Shown in pieces: positions 22,938 to 36,300 of a DNA stretch of 64,000 bases. Position numbers and translations under genes: made by a program. This DNA is from Macrostomum lignano (Eukaryota): NCBI GenBank assembly GCA_002269645.1, contig NIVC01000793.1, positions 310,001-374,000 of the forward strand, read 5' to 3'. Each line of letters opens with the position of its first letter. Position 1 is the stretch's first letter. The notes below the pieces were generated by a model. The model searched no databases. It had not been told where the DNA came from and saw only the letters and a program-made list of their open reading frames with translations.

Positions 22938-25773
22938 ATGTCATCTCTGACTGCGCTAACCGCTATTCACCGAGGCTGCCGAAGCTTGCTACTCATGCGC
23001 CAGTCGGCTCTTAGATGCAACTGGCAGCGCCTTCTGGGCACGGAGGCTGCCGCTGCTGCTACTGCTGCTCCGGCTAGCACCGATTCAACTCCGGCTGCTG
23101 GGGAGTCTCCATTCCGACCGCTGTATCTGGATCTTCAGGTGTGCTTTTTATTGTTTCATTATTATACTCGTAATACAATATATACGTCATTCTCTGATTA
23201 GTCGAAAATGTGACAGGGTCTGATTGATTAAGAGTATAATAATTCGATTCTCTGATTGGTCATAAGAAACAGCGGCTGCTGTTCTCCAATTGGTCAAGGG
23301 AATGGCGGCTGCTGTTCTCCAATTGGTCAAGGGAATAGCGGCTGCTGTTCTCCGATTGGTTAAGGGAATAGTGGCTGCTGTTCTCCGATTGGTTAAGGGA
23401 ATAGTGGCTGCTGTTTTCCAATTGGTCAAGGGAATGGCGGCTGCTGTTCTCCAATTGGTCAAGGGAATAGCGGCTGCTGTTCTCCGATTGGTTAAGGGAA
23501 TAGCGGCTGCTGTTCTCCGATTAGTCAAGGGAATAGTGGCTGCTGTCCTCTGATTGGTAAGGGGAATAGCGGCTGCTGTTCTCCGATTGGTCAATGGAAT
23601 GGCGGCTGCTGTTCTCAGATTGGTCAAGGGAATAGTGGCTGCTGTCCTCTGATTGGTAAGGGGAATAGCGGCTGCTGTTCTCCGATTGGTCAATGGAATG
23701 GCGGCTGCTGTTCTCAGATTGGTCAAGGGAATAGTGGCTGCTGTTCTCTGATTTGCCGGATCGAGTCGCTTTTCGTGCTCTCCCTAGTGTGTGAACTAAA
23801 ACCGACACGATGTCCACACTTCTCTGAATTGCTCAAAAATAGGCGACGACTCCGCTGGATCCTCGTGTCCTGGACGCCATGCTGCCCTACTGTACCGGCC
23901 TGTTCGGCAACCCGCACTCTCGCTCACACGCCTACGGCTGGGAGACCGAGACCGCTGTTGAGAAGGCCAGAGCACAGGTGGCCCAGCTCATTGGCGCCGA
24001 TCCCAAAGAGATTGTGTTCACTAGCGGCGCCACAGAGTCTAATAATATCGCTATTAAAGGCGTTGCCAGGTTCTACAAGTCAAGGAAGCGTCACCTCATT
24101 ACTAGCCAGACTGAGCACAAGTGCGTGCTCGACTCTTGCCGCGCGCTAGAGTCCGAGGGATTCGAGGTTTGCTTGCCGAATTGTTCCTTGCTTTCGCCCA
24201 GGCCGCCACGGTGCCAGCCCTCCCCTTTGCCCAGGCCGCTACGGTGCCAGATCTTTGATCATGCCGCCATATCCCTCCTCGCTTATCTTTGATCATGCCG
24301 CCAAAACCCTCCACCACTTATCTTTGATCATGCCGCCATAACCCTCCCCCACTTATCTTTGATCATGCCGCCATAACCCTCCCCACTTATCTTTGATCAT
24401 GCCGCCATAACCCTCCCCCACTTATCTTTGATCATGCCGCCATAACCCTCCCCACTTACATGTATTTTTGATCATGCTGCCATAACCCTCCACCACTTAT
24501 CTTTGATCATGCCGCCATAACCCTCCCCCACTTATCTTTGATCATGCCGCCAAAACCCTCCACCACTTATCTTTGATCATGCCGCCATAACCCTCCCCAC
24601 TTATCTTTGATCATGCCGCCATAACCCTCCCCACTTACATGTATTTTTGATCATGCTGCCATAACCCTCCCCCACTTATCTTTAATCATACCGCCAAAAC
24701 CCTCCACCACTTATCTTTGATCATGCCGCCATAACCCTCCACCACTTATCTTTGATCATGCCGCCATAACCCTCCACCACTTATCTTTGATCATGCCGCC
24801 ATAACCCTCCCTCACTTATCTTTGATCATGCCGCCATATCTTTGACCTAATTGATCCATCCTCTCACCCTCCGAGATTAGCTATGATAAATCTCTATATT
24901 CACCCAAACCGCCAGGTAACTTACCTGCCAGTGAAGCCGTCTGGTCTACTAGACCTGGCCAGCCTAGAGTCCGCCATCCGCCCCGACACCGCCCTGGTGT
25001 CGGTCATGACAGTCAACAATGAAATCGGCGTCCGTCAGCCTGTTGAAAAGATCGGCGCCCTCTGCCGGTCCCGCGGCGTATTCTTTCACACAGACGCTGC
25101 TCAGGCAGTTGGCAAAATGCCAATCGACGTCAACGCCGCCTGCATCGACCTGATGTCGATCTCCGGGCACAAGCTCTACGGCCCAAAAGGTGTCGGCGCT
25201 ATCTACGTTCGTCGGCGTCCGCGCGTCCGACTGGAACCGTTGCAGAGCGGCGGCGGCCAGGAGCGCGGGATGCGATCTGGCACGGTGCCAAGCTTCCTGG
25301 CCGTCGGCCTCGGCGCCGCCTGCCAGCTGGCCGGCCAAGAGATGGCCTTCGATGCCGAGCGGGTTGACCGGCTGTCCCAACGCCTAATCGATCGGATAGT
25401 CAGCCAGCTGAGTCACGTGGTGGTTAACGGCGACCGGGACAGCTGCTATCCCGGCTGCGTTAATCTCAGCTTCGCCTGCGTCGAAGGCGAATCCCTGCTG
25501 ATGGCGCTGAAAGACGTCGCCTTGTCGTCCGGCAGCGCGTGCACCTCGGCCAGCCTGGAGCCGTCCTACGTGCTCAGGGCTATTGGCGCCGATGAAGATC
25601 TGGCTCATTCCAGCATCCGCTTCGGGATTGGCCGGTTCACTACAGAGGCCGAGGTGGACTACACTGTTGACTTGTGCGTCAGGCAGGTCCGCCGGCTCAG
25701 GGAGCTCAGCCCGCTCTGGGAGATGGTGCAGGAGGGCGTCGATTTGAAGAGCATCCAGTGGACTCAGCATTGA
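22938..25773 (+). CDS. NFS1: Mitochondrial cysteine desulfurase, 460 aa; exons 22938-23138, 23843-24166, 24916-25773
   Basis: Arg/Ser/Leu-rich targeting-like N-terminus, RPLYLDLQ|[39 protein letters not shown] lysine motif [12 protein letters not shown], catalytic [11 protein letters not shown]-terminal IQWTQH. Both introns are phase 0 GT-AG. Confidence 0.98.
23245..23755. repeat. 33-bp minisatellite (GCGGCTGCTGTTCTCCGATTGGTCAAGGGAATA) in NFS1 intron 1
   Basis: 11-residue periodicity in the ORF track; about 15 copies. Confidence 0.97.
24250..24840. repeat. 34-35-bp minisatellite (CTTATCTTTGATCATGCCGCCATAACCCTCCCCCA) in NFS1 intron 2
   Basis: Period 35 measured (24317 to 24352). Confidence 0.97.
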
Positions 25774-25827
25774 GTTTTTGTTCGGAGTCTAATGTGTCTA
25801 AATAAGGGTTGCGACGCACTAAAAATT

Positions 25828-26290
25828 TCCTAATCCCAATCGCTAATCTGGGAATCCCAATTCCTAATCTGAGAATCGCAATCGCTAATCTGGGAATCCC
25901 AATTCCTAATCTGGGAATCGCAATCGCTAATCTGGGAATCCCAATTCCTAATCTGGGAATCGCAATCGCTAATCTGGGAATCCCAATTCCTAATCTGGGA
26001 ATCCCAATCCCTAATCTGGGAATCCTGATTCCTAATCTAGGAATCCCAATTCCTAATCTGGGAATCCCAATTCCTAATCTGGGAATCCCAATTCCTAATC
26101 TAGGAATCCCAATTCCTAATCTGGGAATCCCAATTCCTAATCTGGGAATCCCAATTCCTAATCTGGGAATCCCAATTCCTAATCTGGGAATCCCAATTCC
26201 TAATCTGGGAATCCCAATCCCTAATCTGGGAATCCCAATCTCTAATCTGGGAATCCCAATCCCTAATTTGGGAATCTTGGGAATGCCTAT
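25828..26290. repeat. 21-bp minisatellite (CTAATCTGGGAATCCCAATTC) 3' of NFS1
   Basis: 7-residue periodicity in the ORF track; about 22 copies. Confidence 0.97.
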
Positions 26291-26847
26291 CCATAATCAG
26301 CTAGGAATCCCTTGGGATTTCCAGCAGTTAAGAACCTCGTACGCATGCTTCAGGTTTAACAAATAAGAATCCTATTTTATTACAGGTTTTTGATTGACAG
26401 TCAATCGTTATTCAGTGTACATGACCATCTATCTGTCCAAAACTGACTCTGTGACACCCCAGCTAATTTGATTTTTTCGGCTAGCGCTGCAAATTACCGC
26501 TGACCGTCTTGATGATAAAAATCGTACTATTATATCCAGAAAAGCGTCGGTTACATTCTTCTAGAATAGAAGGATGATTTGTCGCTTACATTTTTTCTTT
26601 TTTTCATGTGCTTTGTGCACTAGCACAGTACATACTACTAAACAAGTCGAGTAGCGTAGCATTAGAAACATGTTTATATCGCCCGCGTGTTTTTTGTTTG
26701 TTCACCTGCCGATTAATTAATTAGGCTTGATGATGCTCACTCAAAGACATACATAGTATAGAGCTTGTAACTTCATTATTGTTGTGCGCTCCTATTGTTA
26801 TATATATGATTGAGCATCTGACAAGAAACATCAATTAGTCCTCCATC

Positions 26848-27300
26848 CATAATCTGGGAATTCCAATTCCTAATCCGGGAATCCCAACCCCTAAATCTAG
26901 TAATCCCCATCCATAATCTGGGAACCCCCATCCCTAATCTAGGAATCCCATCCCATCCATCATCATGCTAAAAATGTGATGTCTATATACATCCCTAATC
27001 TAGAAATCCCATCCCTAATCTAGGAATCCCCATCCCTAATCTGGGAATCCCCATTCCTAATATGGGAATACTATTCCCTAATCTAGGAATCCCCTTCCCT
27101 AATCTGGGAATCCCATCCCTAATCTAGGAATCCCCATCCCTAATCTGGGAATCCCCATTCCTAATATGGGAATACTATTCCCTAATCTAGGAATCCCCAT
27201 CCCTAATCTGGGAATCCCCATCCCTAATCTCGGAATCCCATCCCTAATCTAGGAATCCCCATCCCTAATCTGTAAATCCCCATCCCTAACCTAAGAATCC
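26848..27300. repeat. Second array of the same 21-bp family (CCCTAATCTGGGAATCCCCAT)
   Basis: Same core as 25828-26290 but more degenerate. Confidence 0.92.
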
Positions 27301-27571
27301 ACACGTTCGTATGTAACTTAACTTTCAAATGTCATAATGCAAAAAAGCTTGAACGCAGGGTGTACGGTGGCCCTGACTTTGTCATACTGTCATGTTTTTT
27401 TCAATTTTAGTACCGATCCATCAGCCATTTGAATGCTAACAAATAAAACAGAATGAGACTATGTTTGCAACACTTGAAGTTTCGTATTTCACATCTGGTT
27501 GCGCGGTTTCAGAAAAAAATCGAATGTTGACCCACTTATAAGAGCTTGTGCTTTACTCCGTAAAACCGCTT

Positions 27572-27620
27572 GATTCACTGACTAAGTTAAGCAAAGTTGG
27601 CCTCGGTTAGTACGCAGATG
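27572..27620 (+). pseudogene. 5S rRNA-like fragment, copy 2
   Basis: GATTCACTGACTAAGTTAAGCAAAGTTGGCCTCGGTTAGTACGCAGATG resembles recalled invertebrate 5S GATCACCGAAATTAAGCAGCGTCGGGCGCGGTTAGTACTTAGATG. Confidence 0.55.
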
Positions 27621-28187
27621 AATAAGCCCAATGTTATAAATCCTAAGTTAATTGTTGCCCAATTTGAATGTCCTCATTCTTAATTAGCCTTAATCCAGTA
27701 TTTATAGGCTTTATTATTTATTCCTATTTTTCTACTAAGAAATTTTTTGTTGCCCGTCAATATTCTGGCTAGAGAAGGAAATTGCATGCCCGATTTTCAG
27801 CTTCCAGTAGCCGAAATCTCCCCAACCCCTTTTTAGCTATATGCATTCCCTGCGCTTATATAGTAAACTCTTGCGGAGAAGTTCCAGCCGCTGCTCTGAA
27901 ATATTCTTGACCCTCCCAATTTCCTGTTCTACATGTAGATGGTCTCAAGCCATTCATGGGCTGTGTGCCTCGATCCTCTAAACCTCTCTCTATCCTCCGG
28001 TCTTTGATGGCATTGCAAAACTGAGGAAATTGCTATCTGCCCTCCGACTTTCCAACGATAAATTATTAAATTTCACCAGCCAATCACGGTTAGGCTGGCT
28101 TATAACTATTGTGTATTTATAGTGCCATTTCAATGTCCATTAAGCATATTTTGCCCCAACTGGCCGGTGCTGCAGCTACCTTAACTT

Positions 28188-29510
28188 CCATCATCCCTGA
28201 CTCACTTTTATCATCCCTGACTCGCTTTCATCATCCCTGACTCATTTCCATCATTCATGACTCACTTTTATCATCCCTGACTCACTTCCATCATCCCTGA
28301 CTCACTTTTATCATCCCTGACTCACTTCCATCATCCCTGACTCACTTTTATCATCCCTGACTCACTTTTATCATCCCTGACTCACTTCCATCATCCTTGA
28401 CTCACTTCTATCCTCCTTGACTCACTTTAATCATCCTTGACCCACTTCTATCATGTTTGACTCACTTTCATCATCCCTGACTCACTTCCATCATCCCTGA
28501 CTGACTTCCATCATCCCTGACTGACTTCCATCATCCCTGACTCACTTCTATCATCCTTGACCCACTTCTATCCTCCTTGACTCACTTTAATCATCCTTGA
28601 CCCACTTTTATCATTTTTGACTCACTTCCATCATCCCTGACTCACTTCCATCATCCCTGACTCACTTTTATCATCCCTGACTGACTTCCATCATCCCTGA
28701 CTCACTTCTATCATCCTTGACCCACTTCTATCCTCCTTGACTCACTTTAATCATCATTGACCCACTTCTATCATATTTGGCTTACTTTCATCATCCTTGA
28801 CCCACTTTTATCATCCTTAACCCACTTCCGTTATCTCTGACCCTTCCGTCATTTTAGCCTTTAAACTCCCTACGTCTTGTGACAATTTCCTTGACCCAGC
28901 ATGACCCTCTTATTGACTATTTATGTGGCCTGATGATGAGTCAAATTTTATATCAATTCTATCCTTGATTCTATTTCTATCAATTCTATTCTATTTCTAT
29001 CCTCCTTGACTCACTTTAATCATCCTTGACCCACTTCTATCATATTTGACTCACTTTCATCATCCCTGACTCGCTTCCATCATCCCTGACTCACTTCCAT
29101 CATCCCTGACTCACTTCCATCATCCCTGACTCACTTCCATCATCCCTGACTCGCTTCCATCATCCCTGACTCACTTCCATCATCCCTGACTCACTTCCAT
29201 CATCCCTGACTCACTTTAATAATCCTTGACCCACTTATATCATCCTTGACCCACCTTTCATCATCCTTGACCCACCACTTTTCATCATCCTTGACCCACT
29301 TCTATCATATTTGACTCACTTTCATCATCCTTGACTCACTTTCATCATCCTTGACCCAATTTTATCATCCTTGACCCACTTCCGTTATCTCTGACCCTTC
29401 CGTCATTTTAGCCTTTAAACTCCCTACGTCTTGTGACAATTTCCTTGACCCAGCATGACTCTCTTATTGACTATTTATGTGGCCTGATGATGAGTCAAAT
29501 TTTATATCAA
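28188..29510. repeat. Two 20-bp arrays (TCATCCCTGACTCACTTCCA), each followed by the same ~135-bp unique block (554-bp tandem duplication)
   Basis: 28821-28956 is nearly identical to 29375-29510. Confidence 0.95.
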
Positions 29511-30380
29511 ACTATATAAACTTGTACAATATGCATCTCCAATTGCACTGAAATGCAGCAAAGCAAGAGGTAATTAGTACTCGTAATTAATTCATACCTG
29601 AAATGCCATAGAGAATTGATGAATTGGATCGGCTCAGGCAGAATAGAAATATCCCACACTACTATGCTCGCTAGCTGGGGATAGGGATGGGAGGTCGCTA
29701 GACTTGGGCTTGGGATGTTTGTTCAGAGAGAGAGTGGTCTTCCCCATTGCCCCGTTCCCCAAGGCGTCGGCTTCTCGGACTGGGGCGCAGGTGCGCCGCC
29801 CTGGCTGCATTTTCGAAATTGAGGATGTCGGACGCTGGTGTGGGAGGGGCGCGACTCCAAGCCCGCTGTTTGTCCTGCTGCACTTTCAGGGGGATTAGGC
29901 AGGCATGCCGGAGAAACAGGCAGAGTGGCGAGGGGGTGGGGGGCGAGAACCGTTTTCATCCGCTTACTTCCATTAAAAGAAGGCTCTTTCAAAAGCAAGG
30001 AACTCCCCTACCATTGTTTCCGTAGGAGGAAATACGGAATAGATTTATTCATAGTTGTACTGTTTCGGAGTTGATGTGTCACAGTCTATTTTGTCTAATC
30101 GAAGCAATCAAGCTCATTGGAGCGGCTATCACCCACTTTCCTACTTATGGAAAGCAGAATAAGAGAGTGGAAGAGAATGAGGAAAATTTTGAGGATGTGA
30201 GGATAATTGGGGAAGAATGGTGGACGCGCGCGCTGCTGGCGTGTTGTAGGAATTGTAGGAACAACAGTTCAACAAACACAGGCAGAGCAGCTGATGGCTC
30301 CCGGCTCTCTCTGATTGGCCAGAGCAGTGGGGGTTGGGGCTCACACCAACTCCCGCAGAGGTCTCTTGTGTCTCTTATCC

Positions 30381-33300
30381 ATGCTGGCTGCATCACGACT
30401 GGCCTTCTGTCTGCGTCTGGGCGCGTCCCAATCCTATAACTGTGCGTGCCGACAGCGAGTGGGGAGCTTGAACCCCTTTGCCACAACTGCATCGGCTATG
30501 GGCTGCTTCAACGCCTCCCAGAACCTGCAGCAGCAGCAGCAAGGATGGGTGGCTCCTTTTGTTACCGTGTGCTGCTCTGCATCAATTTTGATCAGCTGCG
30601 GACTGGCTGCTGCGGTGCACCTGCGACGGCAGACTCGGGTGAGATGGGGGTGGATGCACATCCTGGGGACAGGTGCTGTGAGACTAAGGACAGATGCTGT
30701 GAGACTGGGGACAGATGCTGCGAGACAGATGCTGTGAGACTGGGGACAGATGCTGTGAGACTGGGGGACAGATGCTGCGAGACAGGTGCTGTGAGACTGG
30801 GGGACAGATGCTGCGAGACTGGGGACAGATGCTGCGAGACAGGTGCTGTGAGACTGGGGGACAGATGCTGCGAGACAGGTGCTGTGAGACTGGGGACAGA
30901 TGCTGTGAGACTGGGGACATGCTGTGAGACTGGGGACAGGTGCTGTGAGACTGGGGACATGCTGTGAGACTGGGGACAGGTGCTGTGAGACTGGGGACAG
31001 GTGCTGTGAGACTGGGGACATGCTGTGAGACTGGGGACATGCTGTGAGACTGGGGACATGCTGTGAGACTGGGGACAGATGCTGCGAGACAGATGCTGTG
31101 AGACTGGGGACAGATGCTGTGAGACTGGGGGACAGATGCTGCGAGACAGGTGCTGTGAGACTGGGGGACAGATGCTGCGAGACTGGGGACAGATGCTGCG
31201 AGACAGGTGCTGTGAGACTGGGGGACAGATGCTGCGAGACAGGTGCTGTGAGACTGGGGGACAGATGCTGCGAGACTGGGGACAGATGCTGTGAGACTGG
31301 GGACAGATGCTGTGAGACTGGGGACAGATGCTGCGAGACTGGGGACAGATGCTGTGAGACTGGGGGACAGATGCTGCGAGACAGGTGCTGTGAGACTGGG
31401 GACAGGTGCTGTGAGACTGGGGACAGGTGCTGTGAGACTGGGGACAGATGCTGTGAGACTGGGGACAGATGCTGCGAGACTGGGGACAGATGCTGTGAGA
31501 CTGGGGGACAGATGCTGCGAGACAGGTGCTGTGAGACTGGGGGACAGGTGCTGTGAGACTGGGGACAGGTGCTGTGAGACTGGGGACAGGTGCTGTGAGA
31601 CTGGGGACAGGTGCTGTGAGACTGGTGACAGGTGCTGTGAGACTGGGGGACAGGTGCTGTGAGACTGGGGAGGTGGTGTGAGACTGGGGACATGCTGTGA
31701 GACTGGGGACAGATGCTGTGAGACTGGGGACAGGTGCTGTGAGACTGGGGACAGGTGCTGTGAGACTGGGGACATGCTGTGAGACTGGGGACAGGTGCTG
31801 TGAGACTGGGGACATGCTGTGAGACTGGGGACAGGTGCTGTGAGACTGGGGACAGGTGCTGTGAGACTGGGGACATGCTGTGAGACAGGGGGACAGAGGC
31901 TGTGAGATTAGGGGAGAGGTGCCGGGAGTAAAATCCCTAACAATCGTTCAAGAACGGGGATCAGAGAACAAAGAGATCTCACTTTCAAACTGCGAGAAAA
32001 CATCATTCCCCTGAATTCGAGGCTGCTTCTTGAAGGCGAGTCTCCGGACAGATCGGGCAGCGGGAATTGGGATGCAATTCTCTTGGGGATCGGGGAAAAC
32101 GGCGAAATGGGATAGGAACTCAATTTTTTTGGGAGGTTGTTGAGCAGCTCAGGATATAGGTGGACAGTTCCCACGGTTAACAGCTTTTGCATTGATTTCT
32201 GCTTGCGGAAGAAGAAGGACGAGTTTCGCAAAAGATTTTCTATAACTAGTTGGAGTGGCTCAATGTGGCTCGAGTGCACGGCACTGCTGCAGGTCGGGAA
32301 GAGAGGCTGAGTGGCAGTGAGCAGTCCATCACTCGGACCATTCCGCACCAAAGGCAATGAGATCAATCCTATCAATACAGGGCATGGGTTCCAAACCCAC
32401 GCTGTATCTGCTGCAAAGTTTCAATTGCGTGCAGCATCTTTTTTGACGGAAGATTCTTAGTGGTTCTTAGAAATTGGGATCGAGCTCGATTTTGAAACGT
32501 CAACAATTGTCTTCAATTCTATAGATTGGAGGTTCTGGTTTGGTTTTCAGTCGTGAATTTTGGGTTTAATTTATGAGGCTCTATACTTATTAGAAGTTAG
32601 AGATCATTTTATAGTCATTTTCGTCGTCATTAATGACGAAACATGATTTTTGTAGAAAATTCTGGCAAAAAAGCTACGCCGAAGACAGAAGCAACGTCAA
32701 AGAAAATGACTGCGACGATGGTGGGAAGCCTGCGCAGTGATGAATTGATTTAATTAATGCCGTGCTAGTGTGTACTGCGTACTTACATTTTGGCCTCAGC
32801 TTCGACCCTATGCTTCCCGGATGAGTTGGCCATTTCAGCGTGACAAAACACTTCCGAGTCGTGTCTCTAATGCCCCACTGCTCCCCCTGTCTTCCTGGCC
32901 TGGTTACTAATTAGGCAACCCCGGCCCGATACATATTCTGACGCGGATGCGTGTCTTTTGCCAAGGAGGTCCAGAGCCAGAACCTCGGGTAGCAACTCTT
33001 TCCCATTGCCAGACAACTATTTGTGGCTGCAGTTTTTCAGTTTGACTAAAAATAAAAAAAATCATTTCCAACTCATTTTCCGTGTGAGTTGAAAAGCGCT
33101 AGTCAGCCTATAGTCGTCTGAAAAATAGGTGGTTTGGGGAAGAGTTGCTACCCCAAGTTCTGGCCCTGAGTCTCCTTGGCTCTGCTCTCATCATATTTCT
33201 TTCCATCCTCACGCGCCTGTCCGTGGGGATCTTCTCCTAGGAAAAGCGTGATTTCTGCGGCACCGCCATCTGGTTTGAGGTGAGGGGGTCAGATATTGAG

Positions 33301-36300
33301 TCTGAGTTGATTAGCCTGATTAAATTCGTGCCGAACTAACCCTAACCCATCCCAGACCCTTTGATGAAGTAGCTGAGAGATATGTGTGCACAAATTTTCC
33401 ACATCGACTGTTCAGCACGCGCCTTGCGGAATCTTCTGGATTGCTGCTGCTGGTTGTGGAATTTACCACCAGCTTAAAACAAGCTGATTGGTAGTTTTGT
33501 GCTTTTGGCACGTGGCTGAATTAGCTAATTAATTTCTTAATTTTTAGTATAGTGGACTAGCCATTTCGGACGGCCCCTTTGGGGGAGTAAACTGTGCAAT
33601 ATCTGTCTAACCTATTAAAAATTAGAACGTAGCTCGTACTTATCCCAGTGAGAATTTCAGAAGACCAGTTACCATTGAGCACTCATTGAGAGACCAGTTA
33701 CCATTGAGCACTTATTGAGAGACCAGTTACCATTGAGCACTTATTGAGAGACCAGTTCCCATCTTTTTTTAACAATCTGTCATTGTAATCTATCCACACG
33801 CTGTTTCAAATCGAATATCTCAATCATTTAAAAAGTTCTATCTATTCCTGTCGGCGTGTTGAGCACGGAATCTCAGCCCGGCGTGGTCAATGATGAAAAG
33901 CCGTGCGTGGGTGAGAGAGGGATAAAAAAGCCTCTGAGGATGAGGCGGAGAATCTGAGTGTGAAAGCGAGCTCAAATTACCTCGTTTCATGCAAGGCCCG
34001 ATGAAGAGAGAGACAGAGTCTGGGAATGGGGCGAGATACGAAAAAAGATAAAAGACAGAGACAGACGGCCGTGCTAAACAGGCTTGGGGAGTCTGAAGCA
34101 TATTTTTTCATGTTATCGGACTCAAACTCAAACGCGCAATGCCAACCGCAGAAGACAGGGAGGGAGGAGAGAAAATGGCGACGAGTTCCAAAGATGATGC
34201 GGGACGGATGCTGGGGCAAAGTTGAGCCGATGGGCTGGATGAGTAAAGCTGCAGGCTTGAAAGTGGAGGAGCAAGGCCTGCGGGACCAGAGTGTGTATAA
34301 AGGCGTACATTTTATCACGACTGACTCCCTCCTTCTGCGATCCTAAATCCCCTGCCGCGCTCCAGTCTCTCCCTCTTAGAATACTTTCTTGCCATCCTTT
34401 CTGATAAAAGAAAATATGCTGACAGGGGTAAAGAATATATGGCAGATCATAATACGTAGTTATGCTGGCAAATACAGAGACAAGAAAATGAAGTGGTAGA
34501 GGGGAGAGGAAAAGCGACTGTGAAGTAGACAGGGAGAGGGAGACAGTGGGAAGGGGAGAGAAAGAGGAGGGAGAGAAAAACAGTCCTCAGTTTTTTCCAA
34601 GGAAACTGAGACGGGCAGAAGAGGGTGTTTTGAGATTAACCCCGCATACTTGGTTTCGCTTGGCCTGTCAAAGCTTACTAATTATACCATGCATGGAGAG
34701 CATTGCAGTATGAAAAAGGGTGTCAATAATGGTCAGTAATAGGCTTGCTTGAAGAGATCATCTTTTGCTGTGCTGGTTAGTGCGGCTTCTCAGCCAATTT
34801 GTCCGCTTACGATCTTATAGAGCCATTTCTTCAACCCCGGGCTGAACCCTACGCTAGAGATGAAACCGCTTCGCGCTCATATCCCAGCGTAAATACCAGC
34901 TTCTCTTGCTCCGCCTTGCTAATAGTGGAGTTCGAGCTGAGGGCATTCAGCAGGGGGATTGAGAGACTCGATGGCTGGAATCAAACAAGTGGAAGAGATA
35001 GGGAATGTAGGGAGATTGGGAATGTAGGGAGAGAGATGGGGAATGTAGGGAGAGATGGAAATGTAGGGAGAGAAGGGGAATGTAGGAAGAGAGAAGGGGA
35101 ATGTAGGAAGAGAGATGGGGAATGTAGGGAGAGATGGGGAATGTAGGGAGAGATGGGGAATGTAGGGAGAGATGGGGAATGTAGGGAGAGATGGGGAATG
35201 TAGGGAGAGAGAGATGGGGATGTAGAGAGGGATGGGGAATGTAGAGAGAGATGGGGAATGTAGGGAGAGATGGGGAATGTAGGGAGATGGAGAATGTAGG
35301 GAGAGATGGGGAATGTAGGGAGAGATGGGGAATGTAGGGAGAGAGAGATGGGGATGTAGAGAGGGATGGGGAATGTAGAGAGAGATGGGGAATGTAGGGA
35401 GAGATGGGGAATGTAGGGAGATGGAGAATGTAGGGAGAGATGGGGAATGTAGGGAGAGATGGGGAATCTAGGGAGAGATGGGGAATGTAGGGAGATGGGG
35501 AATGTAGGGAGATGGAGAATGTAGGGAGAGATGGGGAATGTAGGGAGAGATGGGGAATCTAGGGAGAGATGGGGAATGTAGGGAGATGGGGAATGTAGGG
35601 AGATGGGGAATGTAGAGAGAGAGAGAGATGGGAATGTAAGGGAAGAGAACATGAAAGAAAAGTAGTACTTTAGCAACAGAAAATGCGAACCAACCTGAAC
35701 TAAATCAATTCTGCCGAGGTAATTCCGTACATTTTTTCTGACTGTACATGTAGACCCTATCAATGGGCCTCACCTTTTAATATGCGAGATCGGGCTGTTA
35801 AATGAGCCGGAGTGAAGACCGTACTACTGGAAGAGTTAGTGAGAGACTCAACTTCTGTCTTCTCACTTTAGCGCAAGGATTAGCGGCCTCTCTACTCCAC
35901 CACTTGTTGCTGTGTTCCCCTCTGTCGGCGATTAATTAATGCCGATTACGAGGGAGCTGCTCACTCTACCCCTCCAAAGGTTTTTTTTCACTCGGCCAAG
36001 TGAAACGAACAAGGAGCACAGGCTTTGACAAGAAAATTGGGCTGAGCGGATTGCTGACTTGATATATTGGTTTAGTGCCTGCTTTGCCTACTCAAGCAGT
36101 GCCTTTTCTGGTTTGAATAGCCAAGTAGTTCCAAGGACTGGGCTGTCTGGCTTGAAGTATTGGTTTTAACGTTGTTGGTTGTCTTCTAAACTCCGAAACT
36201 TTAATGAGGGATATCTGGAGCTTCTGTGCCAGTTTACTACGGAAGTCTGATGTCTGATTTTTGAAGTCGTGACTTCGTTTGCGGATCTAAGATCTTATGT

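Noticed and set aside
22179-26366. Repeat ORFs around NFS1 ([29 protein letters not shown])
   Set aside because: Minisatellite translations outside the conserved NFS1 reading frame.
30434-31876. Long ORFs with CCETGDR or PVSQHLS repeats resembling metallothionein or keratin-associated proteins
   Set aside because: Products of the 21-bp array downstream of a good splice donor at 30639; frames shift with unit-length variants.
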